In this document: positions 36,864 to 46,777 of the stretch, one piece after another | Position numbering within the stretch: the first letter of the stretch is position 1 | How the letters are laid out: every line of letters starts with the position of its first letter | NCBI GenBank assembly: GCA_963669175.1 | Contig: OY769902.1 | Span: 4,544,001-4,608,000 of the forward strand | Source: a bacterium | Lineage (GTDB): Bacteria > Electryoneota > Electryoneia > Electryoneales > Electryoneaceae | Length of the DNA stretch: 64,000 nt | Direction: 5' to 3' | The notes under the pieces: generated by a model | The model's input: the letters and a program-made list of their open reading frames with translations, nothing else | Told to the model about the DNA's origin: nothing | Database searches by the model: none | Position numbers and translations under genes: made by a program

Positions 36864-37883
36864 TTAGAACACTGTTTCGTTGGAATCACCCGAATCATCT
36901 CCTCCCAGCAATTCTTCGTTGGGAGGGACGATTTCGTAGAGGTTCTCAAGGATGTTTGGATTTTCACCACTGCTGCAGAGCGGGTAGTATGCGCAGGGAC
37001 GATTGAAATGGAAGCAGTAGGATGTGTTCCGGTAGAACGTGTTTCTGCGACGGGCATCGTTGAAGGCAAGCGTCAGCTCCCACAACTCCTGCTGCAACTC
37101 CACGAACCGGTCACGGGAAAGGAAGAGCATCTCACGATGGAACATACCCTGTTCAAAATATTTCGCTGCCAGGCGATCCTGAAACTCTTCATCTGTTTCA
37201 GGCATCTTTCGCTTGGCGCTGGATTTTCCAGTCTTTGACTTGGCAATCAGTTCCGCACGGCGAGCTTCAAACTCAGATTCTGTTTCACCCAGGGATTGCT
37301 GCAGACGAGCCTTGACGAGGATGTTATAAAGAACACCACTGATCTGGATACCAAGCGTCCGCTCGATATACCATGAATACAGAGTGATCTGGAAATCGGT
37401 CCACAACCGCTCGAGGTATGCACTGTCAATCTGACCGGCAGTCTTGTGTTCCAGAAGGAAGTATTCACCATCGATCAAGACAATTCCATCGACCTTTCCC
37501 GCTAAGACAAAACTGCGTGAAGTCCTTCCGGATTCAGGATTGACAATCTTGCCCTCGAACTGTTTTTCCAGCTCGATGACTTCAAAGTCCTCGCGTGGAT
37601 ACTGTCCCGCATAGCCTTTCATCATGGCTATTGCAAGATGCCAGTCCTTCTTCTGGTTAGGATCACGCAGCCGATCTGAATAGGCGAGGTCAATACGGTC
37701 AAGTACCTTCTGCAGATTCCGTGATCCGTGCCAGATCTCGAGGCACTCGTGGATCACCGAACCGAAGGCCAGATTGCCATCCTTGCGAATAGGTGATAAA
37801 TGGCGCAGATAGCGCAGTTCACATGCCTTCCGGCAATTACGGAATCTGCTCCACATTGAGTATGTCGTGACAAGTGGTTTCAC
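36864..37883 (-). CDS. PD-(D/E)XK exonuclease (Cas4/RecB-like, Cys motifs)
   Basis: N-terminal CRK, FGSVIHECLE, GKVDG...EHKT, QITLY, C-terminal C...C.Y..LC. Confidence 0.85.
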   Translation of the reverse strand: MKPLVTTYSMWSRFRNCRKACELRYLRHLSPIRKDGNLAFGSVIHECLEIWHGSRNLQKVLDRIDLAYSDRLRDPNQKKDWHLAIAMMKGYAGQYPREDFEVIELEKQFEGKIVNPESGRTSRSFVLAGKVDGIVLIDGEYFLLEHKTAGQIDSAYLERLWTDFQITLYSWYIERTLGIQISGVLYNILVKARLQQSLGETESEFEARRAELIAKSKTGKSSAKRKMPETDEEFQDRLAAKYFEQGMFHREMLFLSRDRFVELQQELWELTLAFNDARRRNTFYRNTSYCFHFNRPCAYYPLCSSGENPNILENLYEIVPPNEELLGGDDSGDSNETVF

Positions 37884-38194
37884 GCGGCTACTCCTGTTGC
37901 AGGGGTAGCCTTTGAAGCATCGAGGGAGATATTCACAATGCGTTCAATTTTGAACGATTTCTCGCCAAACAAACGGGCCATGAAACCGGTGAAGATTCGT
38001 GCGATGTGCTGACCGACCTCGTTGTCAGCATCAATCCAGCAGACATTATCTTTCCGTGTCGCTTGGAATCTTGCATCCATGTGAACTTGTGTACGTCCAT
38101 GGATACATTCTGCTGCCAATGTCGACAGCATCAGGGTGCTGTCGATCTCTTCGAAAGGCACAAATTCCTTAAAACTGAAAGTGTATCGGGTCAT
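37880..38194 (-). CDS. Hypothetical protein
   Basis: Operonic, overlaps the nuclease start, GAAGGG RBS. Confidence 0.7.
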   Translation of the reverse strand: MTRYTFSFKEFVPFEEIDSTLMLSTLAAECIHGRTQVHMDARFQATRKDNVCWIDADNEVGQHIARIFTGFMARLFGEKSFKIERIVNISLDASKATPATGVAA

Positions 38195-38233
38195 ATCTGA
38201 TCCCTTCGTTTCTGGTTATCTTCTGCTATAGTG

Positions 38234-38857
38234 TTATACGTCGGATGAATCATTTCTGTAGAATGACCCGTCTCTATGACCACCTAACATCCTGTCGATA
38301 AAGTGATTACGAATATCCTTGAGTCTCTTGTAAACTGTGTCACGATGGATGCCGAGTTCCCTCGCCGTATCTGTGACTGTTCTTTCCATCAACAACCTGC
38401 AGGTATCCTGGAGATTCTCGGGAAGGGTATCAATGAAGTTTGCAATGTCAATCTGTAGGATCAGATGGTTTTCCATTGAAAGTGGGATTACTCCTGTCAG
38501 CAGCAGGAAGTCTTCATTGTCAGTGGTTTCCAGAATGGCGTCGTTGTTTATCGAATCGGGAGATATGGCATCATCAAGCGAGACTGTTTTCCTGATATCT
38601 CTCTTCAGGCTGTAATTGGCGCGAAGCATCATAATGAGACGTTGATTCAACACGTTGAACAGGTAAGTGTTCAGCTGAGACTTCTCTTGATTGAATAATC
38701 TGAGACGATCCAAAACATGCAGTGCGAGTTCCTGCTCGATGTCCTCCAGGTCTGTTGAACTGAATCCAGCATATGAAACCAGCTCCCTGGCTTTTGAATG
38801 AATCAGGTTAATTGTTGAGTCATCAAAGACTCCTTCGTACCTGTTTCTGGTACCCAT
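38234..38857 (-). CDS. Sigma-70/ECF-like regulator with C-terminal HTH
   Basis: DLEDIEQEL (region-2-like), LPENLQ...TVTDTARELGIHRDTVYKRL (region 4). Confidence 0.78.
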   Translation of the reverse strand: MGTRNRYEGVFDDSTINLIHSKARELVSYAGFSSTDLEDIEQELALHVLDRLRLFNQEKSQLNTYLFNVLNQRLIMMLRANYSLKRDIRKTVSLDDAISPDSINNDAILETTDNEDFLLLTGVIPLSMENHLILQIDIANFIDTLPENLQDTCRLLMERTVTDTARELGIHRDTVYKRLKDIRNHFIDRMLGGHRDGSFYRNDSSDV

Positions 38858-38865
38858 TGTCGGTT

Positions 38866-38990
38866 CTCCTCGGTTGAGGAGGCCGGGTGGGTGTCAAACA
38901 AACCGATGCGCAAAAAAAGACGGAGGTGTCGTGAGTACGCCGATTTGGCGACACCCACAACGACCTCCGTCTTGTACGGTCAGTACGTTG
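38866..38990 (-). promoter_or_regulatory. Structured RNA leader: terminator hairpin, alternative pairing site and RBS-sequestering hairpin
   Basis: Stem 38918-38972 followed by a U7 tract on the minus strand; 9-nt complement at 38887-38895; CTCCTC-N4-GAGGAG hairpin at 38866-38881. Confidence 0.6.
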
Positions 38991-39033
38991 TCTGGTGCTA
39001 AAATGGAAACGCCCCCAATCCGGGGCTGCGTTT

Positions 39034-39441
39034 TTACTGCTTTTCTTCTATGATGTGCATCCGGACTGGCAATCCGTCCTGAATGCGAATGTCTGCTGCT
39101 GTTCCATCACGGATTTTGTGGAACTGGTCAAACATGGACTCGATCTGAGGTTTCAAAAGATAGTCCTCTCCCTTTTCGCTCGCTTGTGCCTGCTTGTTGA
39201 ATGCGAGATCACGTACGATTTTGGTGTTCGTCCCCATCACAGGAACACCCGAACAGACACAGACATTCTCAATGGTGCCGAACTGGATCTCCCGCATTTT
39301 CCGTACAAGATGCTGTCGTTCCGGCGAAAGATCAGAAAAGTGCACTACACCTCCTTCCTGAACGATTGCTGATTCGGATTTGGCTCGACTCCGTTTGTTC
39401 TCCACCCCTTGAAACATGCTTGAACAAAAGAACACAGCCAA
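39034..39441 (-). CDS. Hypothetical protein
   Basis: LSPERQHLVRKMREIQFGTIENV...GVPV and DIRIQDGLPV; start uncertain. Confidence 0.6.
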   Translation of the reverse strand: MAVFFCSSMFQGVENKRSRAKSESAIVQEGGVVHFSDLSPERQHLVRKMREIQFGTIENVCVCSGVPVMGTNTKIVRDLAFNKQAQASEKGEDYLLKPQIESMFDQFHKIRDGTAADIRIQDGLPVRMHIIEEKQ

Positions 39442-39551
39442 TTCCTGATATAATCTCAGGTCGCAAAATATGCTGTGTCCTCTATCATTTTATAGACCCT
39501 GATTAGCATGGACAAGCTTTTGTGGACTCCCAGGGGCTAAATGAAATAACA

Positions 39552-39586
39552 ACGAGGTTATCCCTAACAAATCGGGATAACCTCGT
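39552..39586 (-). terminator. Intrinsic terminator-like hairpin after the cargo genes
   Basis: Perfect 13-bp stem ACGAGGTTATCCC / GGGATAACCTCGT. Confidence 0.65.
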
Positions 39587-39622
39587 GTGTGGTTGAAGGT
39601 TGGGGTTGTATCGGATTCAGCG

Positions 39623-42600
39623 TTATTTCATCAGCACGATCTTCTGTGTCTTGATGTAATCCGCAGCCTTCATCGTAACGAAATAAACGCCCGATGAAAC
39701 CGGAATCCCCGACATCGACTTACCGTTCCAGAGAACACGATGGTAGCCGGCCTTGATGTCACGATTCACCAGTTGTGCGACACGCTGCCCAAGGACATTG
39801 TAAACAGCGATTTCCACTTTTGCCGCGTTTGGCAAAGCATAGGGAATGCTCACAACGGGATTAAACGGATTCGGATAAGCTGGCTGTAAAGCAAACTCTG
39901 TGGGAAGTAATGTTTGTTGAGTGTTCGCAAGCTCAGAATTGCTCAGTTGCTGCAGCAGAGCAACTTTTTTCTTACGATAATCGGCAATGCTGGCGGGAAC
40001 TGTATACTCAAATACCCCCAGCTTTGTCAGTCCAAGTGGGCTCTTTACAGTTCGTGGAGCTGAACTTTGTGTTCCAGTATTGGACGCTGTTAATGCCACG
40101 TCGTTTGACTTGCTGGATTGTCCAAGTTCAACCATTCCGGTTTCTGTGTCAGAGCTAGTTTGACGCACGGTTGCTTTTCCGCTACGCTTCACACTGACAC
40201 TGTTGCCACCATCTCCAATGCCCAGTAAATCACCTTCATCAATCCCGGCCAGGTACAGCTGGTAATACGTTTCCAACTGGCCAATAAGACCCAAGAGTGA
40301 ATCAACCGGATCATCCGCAAGAAGAACAAAGGTATCAAGTTCAGCAATCGATGTTGTGAACTCATACTGTCTGTTCAACAAACTGACCTGTTCCCAGAAA
40401 GCACCTATCCCTAGAACATCATGATCTAAATAGTCATCCAAGTCTTCAATCAAATCGCCATCACTAACACCAAGCTGTGACTGACAACGGACCCAACCAT
40501 CAAGTGCAGCAGCTGAAGAATCATCTTCAATGGCTATCAAGTACAAATCGGAAGCATTTTCCCAATCACCGTCCATTTCCGCTGCTTTCGCGAGGTCAAA
40601 ATTGGTCGGTACCGGATCATCGCCATCATCGTTCAACTCATCAAGGTCTCCGGGATTGTTGGCTTGTGCATCCATACCGCTTACGTCAACACAACCAAAA
40701 GGATAGAACCATTGCGGAACAGGAATAGAACTGGAGTTCTCGAAATAGTTCCCCTTCCCACTATGTGAAGGTGCTACAAAATTAACATCATAGATCAGAT
40801 AAGGATCACTCTGGTCTATAATGTCGTTGTGCCGTTCACTGAACACTGGCCGTGAACTATTGAGGTAGATTTCTGCTCTTGCTGCCGACGAAAGTGAATT
40901 AGCGCCATTGTCGTAAAACGTATTTCCCAAAGTTTGGTTGTAGTACCCCAGCATAGCATCACTCGAAGAAATAGCATACAGACCGTTACGAGTGTTTTCG
41001 CGGAAAATACAGCGCTTGAAGTCCGGTTCGGATTTTGACAGATATACACCATACGTCCCGTTGTCCGAGAAAGTACAGTAGTTAACGATACCATCAGCAC
41101 AGCTTATAAATTCCGCGCCTGCATAGGTGTTTTCGGACAATAGTGAATTTGACATATTCACTTTTGCCTGTGTCGCACTCAGACCATAATCGCAGTTTGT
41201 AATGGTGATGTCGACCAGGTCCAATGGGGATGTTTTATATGCTTCAATTCCAGCGTTTCCACACTCTGAAATTGTCACATCCTCTGCATCAACATTGTTG
41301 GAGTTGGAAACAGTTAAACCATTTAAACTGACGTTTGAAATGTTAGCGTATGACAGATCAAGTGTCGCGCCATCACTGACCACAATCCCATTTGTGGCGT
41401 CTGCAATACTTACATACGCCATCTCACCTTGGCTGCCGCTATTGAATTGAATGCCTCCCCAATCACCTGCTTGTTGGGTTTCCGATTTGAATTTTACTTC
41501 AGCATTTCCTTCCCCAAAAATTTCTATGGATCCATTTACAACCAACATTGAGTTTGAAGCGCAAGTTATCACCGTCCCCGGCATAATTTGCAATGTCGAA
41601 TTTATTTGTACAGTTACTGTTCCTGACAGAGTAATATTGCCAACCCAAACATTCGGAGTGCCGTCATTAATTCCGAGGTTTGTCGGTGATGTGTAAGCTT
41701 GTCCCCTGAGGTACCCAATCTCATCACCCTTTGGATAACCCCAGAAAATTGCTCCCGAGTTTGTTCCCTCAATAACATCAACGTAATTCTCCTGCTGATA
41801 TAGACCATCGTAGTATACATCTGGGAAGTATTGATCATTAAGGACGGCAACAAAATCGTTGATATTATCATCATTGATATCGCAAATCCACGTCTGGTAG
41901 GTTGGATTATTACAATACCCCCAATATTCATGGCTACCATTTTGCGTACTTAATCCACTCAAGTAGAACGATTCAGTATCATACGTACCATCTCCGGCAG
42001 CATTAGGAGTCATTGCTAAAAGTTTTGCAGACCTTGTTTGTTGACAATTTCCTACACATAAAATTGACGGACTGGTCTCAGCAAAAACAGAGACAAGACT
42101 CTGTCCAGCACAATATCCGTCCATTTCATCAAAATATTCGGAAGCGATGCTATTGTCATTAGGGCGTACAATAACACCTTCACCTGTCCCGAAAACGGTT
42201 CCCCATAAACCTGTTAGACCACCATTGCCAACAATTTTACCTGCTGCGCCAAAGGTCGATGGGGGATCATATTCCCCATTATCTTGTATAGGACGATCAT
42301 ACAATACCAAATCTCCAAGTGTATTTCGATTTAGAATATACACATGATCGTCTTCTAGAAAACTAACAATAGCTTCTTCCTCCATATCTTGGTCAATATT
42401 CATTACTGTTGGACCTACCATCTGTTGATCTATAGGATTGAATGTGCTAGTACCTGCCATAATAAATCGTTCAGAAAGCGATCCTGTTTGTAAATCAATA
42501 ATATATAAGTATCTATTGATATGATCATATTCTTCTGCCCCTTGTATTATAACATATGGGGTTACTTCATCATATGGATATATGATAGAAGGCACACACA

Positions 42601-45523
42601 ACATACTATTATCATTTAATGTGTTGTCGCTATAAGACCACTCCAAAGCAATATCACCTGTATGATAATTGATAGAATACAATACTATCCTATCGTCTGG
42701 CTGATCAAGTGGGTCATTAGGATTATAGAGACTTTCCCTTACTAAGAGTTCCATACCTTCGTGTTCTGGATGTTGTGAATTTCCTGGCAATATGTCAATA
42801 GGAATTGCTGACGATGTCATCACATCATAAACTCCATGATTTGATTCAACTAAATATTCTTCAACGCCTGTTGCCGCATTCTGAATCATTAAAGCACTTT
42901 CATATTGTGTTACTACTTCTTTTACTCCATCATAATCTATATCAGCAACAAAGAGCGGAGTATTGGAATTATTATACTCAAACACTTCTGGATGCTGCCA
43001 TAGAATACTCCCTGTATTAATATTATAACAGTATGTACCATTAACAATTTCAGGACCTGGATGACTGGCATCATCAATTACATCAGCCATTAACACCATT
43101 TCCCTTGCAGAGGGTAGTTTTTTTGGATAACCTTCTGCGGAGTTGGTAATGTTACCCTCAAAACTTAAAATATTATTGCTTTCTATAACTTCATCAACCT
43201 CTTCATTAACATCGACGATCAACACAATCACTTGTGGTCCTAAAAGGCTTTCCGGATCATTGTGAGTTATTTGAATAGTCACCTCCTGGACAGTATTTGG
43301 TGCGATATATGCAACTGTTGCTTCGCCCAATTCTTCCAACACTCCATTATCATCAATATATAATCCAACCTCAAAATAGGATTCTGCTTGAATATAGGAT
43401 TGATTAGCGACATGGACCTTCACTGGAGCTTCAATTGAAACTGACATAAAATCATGAACCGGAATCAACTCGGCATTGCCCATGCTTTCACGCAAAGGAA
43501 TGCTATAACCAGGTTCACCAAGTAACTGCATTACCTTGCAAGCTTCTTCATCTTGTACCCACGCGGCTAACAAGGTCATTCCCATCTGAGTCAATTGGGG
43601 ATGTAAGAGATACTCTCGTGTTGCATAACGTAAACCCATGGTTGAACGAGTAATAAGGCCACCATCACTGGCAGGTTCATAAAGATTGGGTAAATTCTGG
43701 TAACAGGCACCAATAATACCGGCTGCACCTCTATTCGTCCCTTGTTCAAATAGCAATTCTTCACTGAATGTTCTGTATTGAGTGCTGTTGACGTTAAAAA
43801 TATTCGGATATTGTGTATCACCCCAGAACCCGGTTGCTCCAGAAGACTCCACCAAAAATAATCCCATGCTGTGAAAGTCATCAACTGACAAGTCATTGAA
43901 CTTGTAGTTATTCCAACCTACTCCCAATGCGGCATCCCAGATTTCTATATCTGCCGTTGTTCCGACTAGAGTTAAACTTGAAGGGTGAGATAGAATTGGG
44001 TCCTCACCAATGTATTCATCATTGATAAGTGTGTTCATTCCTGCAACAGTCGTTTCAATATCCTGTGATATTTCAATACTTGGGGATAACCAATTCAGAA
44101 GATCTTCCCAATTAGCATCATTCGCAGCATTATGGTAAGAAGCAAAATAAGCATCCAGGTCAGTGCCATAATTTAATGTTGCGCACTTTATATCAATCAT
44201 TGCCGAGATTGCGAATCCTGAAGGGCTAAATATTGTTAATCCTTGCTCATAAGTAAAATCAAATGTCTCTACAATCTGAAAGTTTGAATATTCTGTTTCC
44301 TCACAAGTTTCCTGTAACAACAAGTTGGTATTATACTGATCAAGATCAGCAATATCATGTGCAGGCAAACGCCCGACCATAACATCTGGGATATCAGAGC
44401 CAAGATTATCGTCCATTTTCCCATAATTGGCATCGCAGTACATCGTTGGTATAGAATTGCCAGGACTATCAACGAAAGGCGATATTTGTGTCTCATCTCC
44501 TAAAATCAGTAGATAACTAAATTTAGGATTATTGCCCCCTTGGCGACGTGATGACACATTTTCGTAAATCCAAACAATCTCATCATGCAACTGGTCAAAC
44601 ATTATTTCAGGAGCTGCAACAAGCGAATTTGCCCGTGCAATAACAACATCAGCGTTATAACTACTCTTTATATAGTCAGCATAATCCAACAGATCCTGAG
44701 TCGGTTGAGTATTATCGCCAGTGTCATAGAAATTGAGACCAGCAACAATCAGGTAATCACAATACGTAAGATCTTGCAAAGTGTGATTTGCATCGTCTAC
44801 ACGGAATACTTGTGGCGCCACCAAATCTGGTAGTTCTATTTCATCAAGCTCATTTCCAGAATCATAATCAGGTAACACAGCCCTCATTAATGCATTGAAC
44901 GTACCAAGTTCTGGAAAATGATCCTGTGATGCACCGTGTAAATGCATACGAATTTCAAGAACTGAGGTGAATTCATAAACATTGGTTACAGGATTGTAAC
45001 GAACTGGTGAAGCTTGTACACGAGCCAGGTGCTGTTCGCGAAACTGCGTTGTCATCTTTATAACAGCCCTGTTTTCGGGATAATAAGCATTGGTTGTGTA
45101 CAGCTTATTATCCTTTACATATTGAACATCCAATTGATTATTTACATAATCTATCTCAGGATGTGGATAACAAACAGGCCAACTCGATTCCTCAGTTGAT
45201 TCAAGACATATAGTCGAAATTGTCACGGAATCACAAGAAGGAATTCCAAATGTGATTTCAGGAGCGGGCAAAAACGGCTCGCCTGGTTCAGCATCTGAAA
45301 GTGCCTCCTCCAGCATCACCCTTCGTTCATTACTATAGTCAATGTAATACACACCCGGTACAGACAGACGAAGAACGATCATTGTATCACTTCGACTTAC
45401 AATTGACCACGCGGGTTCTTCAGCTTCGTCTGAAGTCAATTCGTACCACTGCAGCCCTGTTGTAGCATAACTTAGGCCTGTCACCAGTAATACTGCCAGA
45501 ATAGCTTTTGTGATGTAACGCAT
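39623..45523 (-). CDS. Large secreted modular protein: C25 propeptide + C25 (gingipain-like) domain, CARDB, FG-GAP-like propeller, beta-helix, FlgD/T9SS-type C-terminus
   Basis: Signal peptide; EPGEPFLP, PVRYNPV, YLLILGD, CDANYG, PDVMVGRLP, LLGEP; VDVNEEVDEVIESNN; ADIDYDGVKEVV; AYPNPFNP...YNVLGQRV...SGVYFV. Confidence 0.8.
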   Translation of the reverse strand: MRYITKAILAVLLVTGLSYATTGLQWYELTSDEAEEPAWSIVSRSDTMIVLRLSVPGVYYIDYSNERRVMLEEALSDAEPGEPFLPAPEITFGIPSCDSVTISTICLESTEESSWPVCYPHPEIDYVNNQLDVQYVKDNKLYTTNAYYPENRAVIKMTTQFREQHLARVQASPVRYNPVTNVYEFTSVLEIRMHLHGASQDHFPELGTFNALMRAVLPDYDSGNELDEIELPDLVAPQVFRVDDANHTLQDLTYCDYLIVAGLNFYDTGDNTQPTQDLLDYADYIKSSYNADVVIARANSLVAAPEIMFDQLHDEIVWIYENVSSRRQGGNNPKFSYLLILGDETQISPFVDSPGNSIPTMYCDANYGKMDDNLGSDIPDVMVGRLPAHDIADLDQYNTNLLLQETCEETEYSNFQIVETFDFTYEQGLTIFSPSGFAISAMIDIKCATLNYGTDLDAYFASYHNAANDANWEDLLNWLSPSIEISQDIETTVAGMNTLINDEYIGEDPILSHPSSLTLVGTTADIEIWDAALGVGWNNYKFNDLSVDDFHSMGLFLVESSGATGFWGDTQYPNIFNVNSTQYRTFSEELLFEQGTNRGAAGIIGACYQNLPNLYEPASDGGLITRSTMGLRYATREYLLHPQLTQMGMTLLAAWVQDEEACKVMQLLGEPGYSIPLRESMGNAELIPVHDFMSVSIEAPVKVHVANQSYIQAESYFEVGLYIDDNGVLEELGEATVAYIAPNTVQEVTIQITHNDPESLLGPQVIVLIVDVNEEVDEVIESNNILSFEGNITNSAEGYPKKLPSAREMVLMADVIDDASHPGPEIVNGTYCYNINTGSILWQHPEVFEYNNSNTPLFVADIDYDGVKEVVTQYESALMIQNAATGVEEYLVESNHGVYDVMTSSAIPIDILPGNSQHPEHEGMELLVRESLYNPNDPLDQPDDRIVLYSINYHTGDIALEWSYSDNTLNDNSMLCVPSIIYPYDEVTPYVIIQGAEEYDHINRYLYIIDLQTGSLSERFIMAGTSTFNPIDQQMVGPTVMNIDQDMEEEAIVSFLEDDHVYILNRNTLGDLVLYDRPIQDNGEYDPPSTFGAAGKIVGNGGLTGLWGTVFGTGEGVIVRPNDNSIASEYFDEMDGYCAGQSLVSVFAETSPSILCVGNCQQTRSAKLLAMTPNAAGDGTYDTESFYLSGLSTQNGSHEYWGYCNNPTYQTWICDINDDNINDFVAVLNDQYFPDVYYDGLYQQENYVDVIEGTNSGAIFWGYPKGDEIGYLRGQAYTSPTNLGINDGTPNVWVGNITLSGTVTVQINSTLQIMPGTVITCASNSMLVVNGSIEIFGEGNAEVKFKSETQQAGDWGGIQFNSGSQGEMAYVSIADATNGIVVSDGATLDLSYANISNVSLNGLTVSNSNNVDAEDVTISECGNAGIEAYKTSPLDLVDITITNCDYGLSATQAKVNMSNSLLSENTYAGAEFISCADGIVNYCTFSDNGTYGVYLSKSEPDFKRCIFRENTRNGLYAISSSDAMLGYYNQTLGNTFYDNGANSLSSAARAEIYLNSSRPVFSERHNDIIDQSDPYLIYDVNFVAPSHSGKGNYFENSSSIPVPQWFYPFGCVDVSGMDAQANNPGDLDELNDDGDDPVPTNFDLAKAAEMDGDWENASDLYLIAIEDDSSAAALDGWVRCQSQLGVSDGDLIEDLDDYLDHDVLGIGAFWEQVSLLNRQYEFTTSIAELDTFVLLADDPVDSLLGLIGQLETYYQLYLAGIDEGDLLGIGDGGNSVSVKRSGKATVRQTSSDTETGMVELGQSSKSNDVALTASNTGTQSSAPRTVKSPLGLTKLGVFEYTVPASIADYRKKKVALLQQLSNSELANTQQTLLPTEFALQPAYPNPFNPVVSIPYALPNAAKVEIAVYNVLGQRVAQLVNRDIKAGYHRVLWNGKSMSGIPVSSGVYFVTMKAADYIKTQKIVLMK

Positions 45524-45565
45524 AATACTCCTCCAGAATAGAATTTGGCAATTGCTGCTTGTCAG

Positions 45566-46777
45566 CTATCTTACAAGCAGTATTTTCTTTGTTACAAGTC
45601 CATCACAGGTCGACAGGAAATACGTACCGGACACCAGTGACGAAAGATCGATCGAATGCACACCCTGCAAGTCAAGAACACGCCTCCCCAAAGCATCATA
45701 CAGAATAAGCGGCAGGGAAGCTTGCGATAGATCAATGGATATCTGCCCATTGGTAGGGTTAGGCCAGACATCCAACGATGCTGTTGTGGGTAGCTTGATG
45801 GGATAGTCGGAAACACGTTGATCACCATTCATCCATTGCCAGGTCATTCCGAAATCTTCCGAATAGTAGATATCAAGGATAGGTGATCGACTCCATGGGT
45901 GCAAAATCTCTTCCCAGTAACAGATCAGTTCACCTGGTGCCCACCCCTGTTTAAAAGCAATCTCCCATGAATAGCCATAACTGGGACGCTGGTCGAACAG
46001 CGCGCCTTGTTGCCAGGTGCGACCGGAATCCTGACTGACCGAGAGATAACCTGTCACATAACTCAGGAAATAGAGTTCGCCATCTGCATATCCATTGTAA
46101 AAATGGCCGGCGCTGTCCAGTTCTGTCGTCCAATGGGAGAAGGTAAAGTTATCGGCATAATCGAAACTGTTAAAGAAATACACACTATCATTCTGCCAGG
46201 TGGCAAAATACACCTCTATCCCGGTCCACCCTTGAAACCAATCTATACCATAACCAGTTATTCCACGACAACGGCCGGATTCATGTGTTCTGAGGGTATC
46301 ATAAGACCAACTAAGTGAACCTGAACAAATGACAAGTGAATCTTCAATATCCTGAATTACTGTCGCATTATGAAGATAGCCAACAGCTCGTAACGTGTCT
46401 ACTAGAACAGTTGTAAGAAAATCATCATTGCTAGTATACAAAGAATACTCATACCCAAACCAATAAGTATCACTGGCATTGTGATGCACGATAACGCCAA
46501 CAGAGTCTCGCACCAGTTCAGCGGTTTCTCCATAATCAGCCGTATAGAACAGGCCATAAGTAGCAAATATATTATCTGGTGAAAACAGATTATGGACATA
46601 ATAAAATTCTCCAGGCTCAGAAGTGCTTACCATATAGGAATTGAATCGTGCATACAAAAAACCAGGAAATAGAAGAAGCAATACAATCGTCATATGCCAT
46701 AATGATCTTTTGGCATGTAAATGTTTCCAGTTCCATTCATTGAAGAATGTGTACAAAGTGTGTATGCTACACATCAT
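45566..46777 (-). CDS. Secreted BNR/Asp-box propeller protein with T9SS type-A-like C-terminal domain
   Basis: TADYGET, SQDSGRTW, SEDFGMTW; VWPNP...YDALGRRV...SGTYFL...KKILL. True start may be ATG 46693. Confidence 0.72.
   Translation of the reverse strand: MMCSIHTLYTFFNEWNWKHLHAKRSLWHMTIVLLLLFPGFLYARFNSYMVSTSEPGEFYYVHNLFSPDNIFATYGLFYTADYGETAELVRDSVGVIVHHNASDTYWFGYEYSLYTSNDDFLTTVLVDTLRAVGYLHNATVIQDIEDSLVICSGSLSWSYDTLRTHESGRCRGITGYGIDWFQGWTGIEVYFATWQNDSVYFFNSFDYADNFTFSHWTTELDSAGHFYNGYADGELYFLSYVTGYLSVSQDSGRTWQQGALFDQRPSYGYSWEIAFKQGWAPGELICYWEEILHPWSRSPILDIYYSEDFGMTWQWMNGDQRVSDYPIKLPTTASLDVWPNPTNGQISIDLSQASLPLILYDALGRRVLDLQGVHSIDLSSLVSGTYFLSTCDGLVTKKILLVR

Noticed and set aside
28280-37883. 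Cas4-like and Cas2-like genes suggesting CRISPR-Cas
   Set aside because: No cas1, effector genes or repeat-spacer array seen; the nuclease sits in a phage recombination operon.
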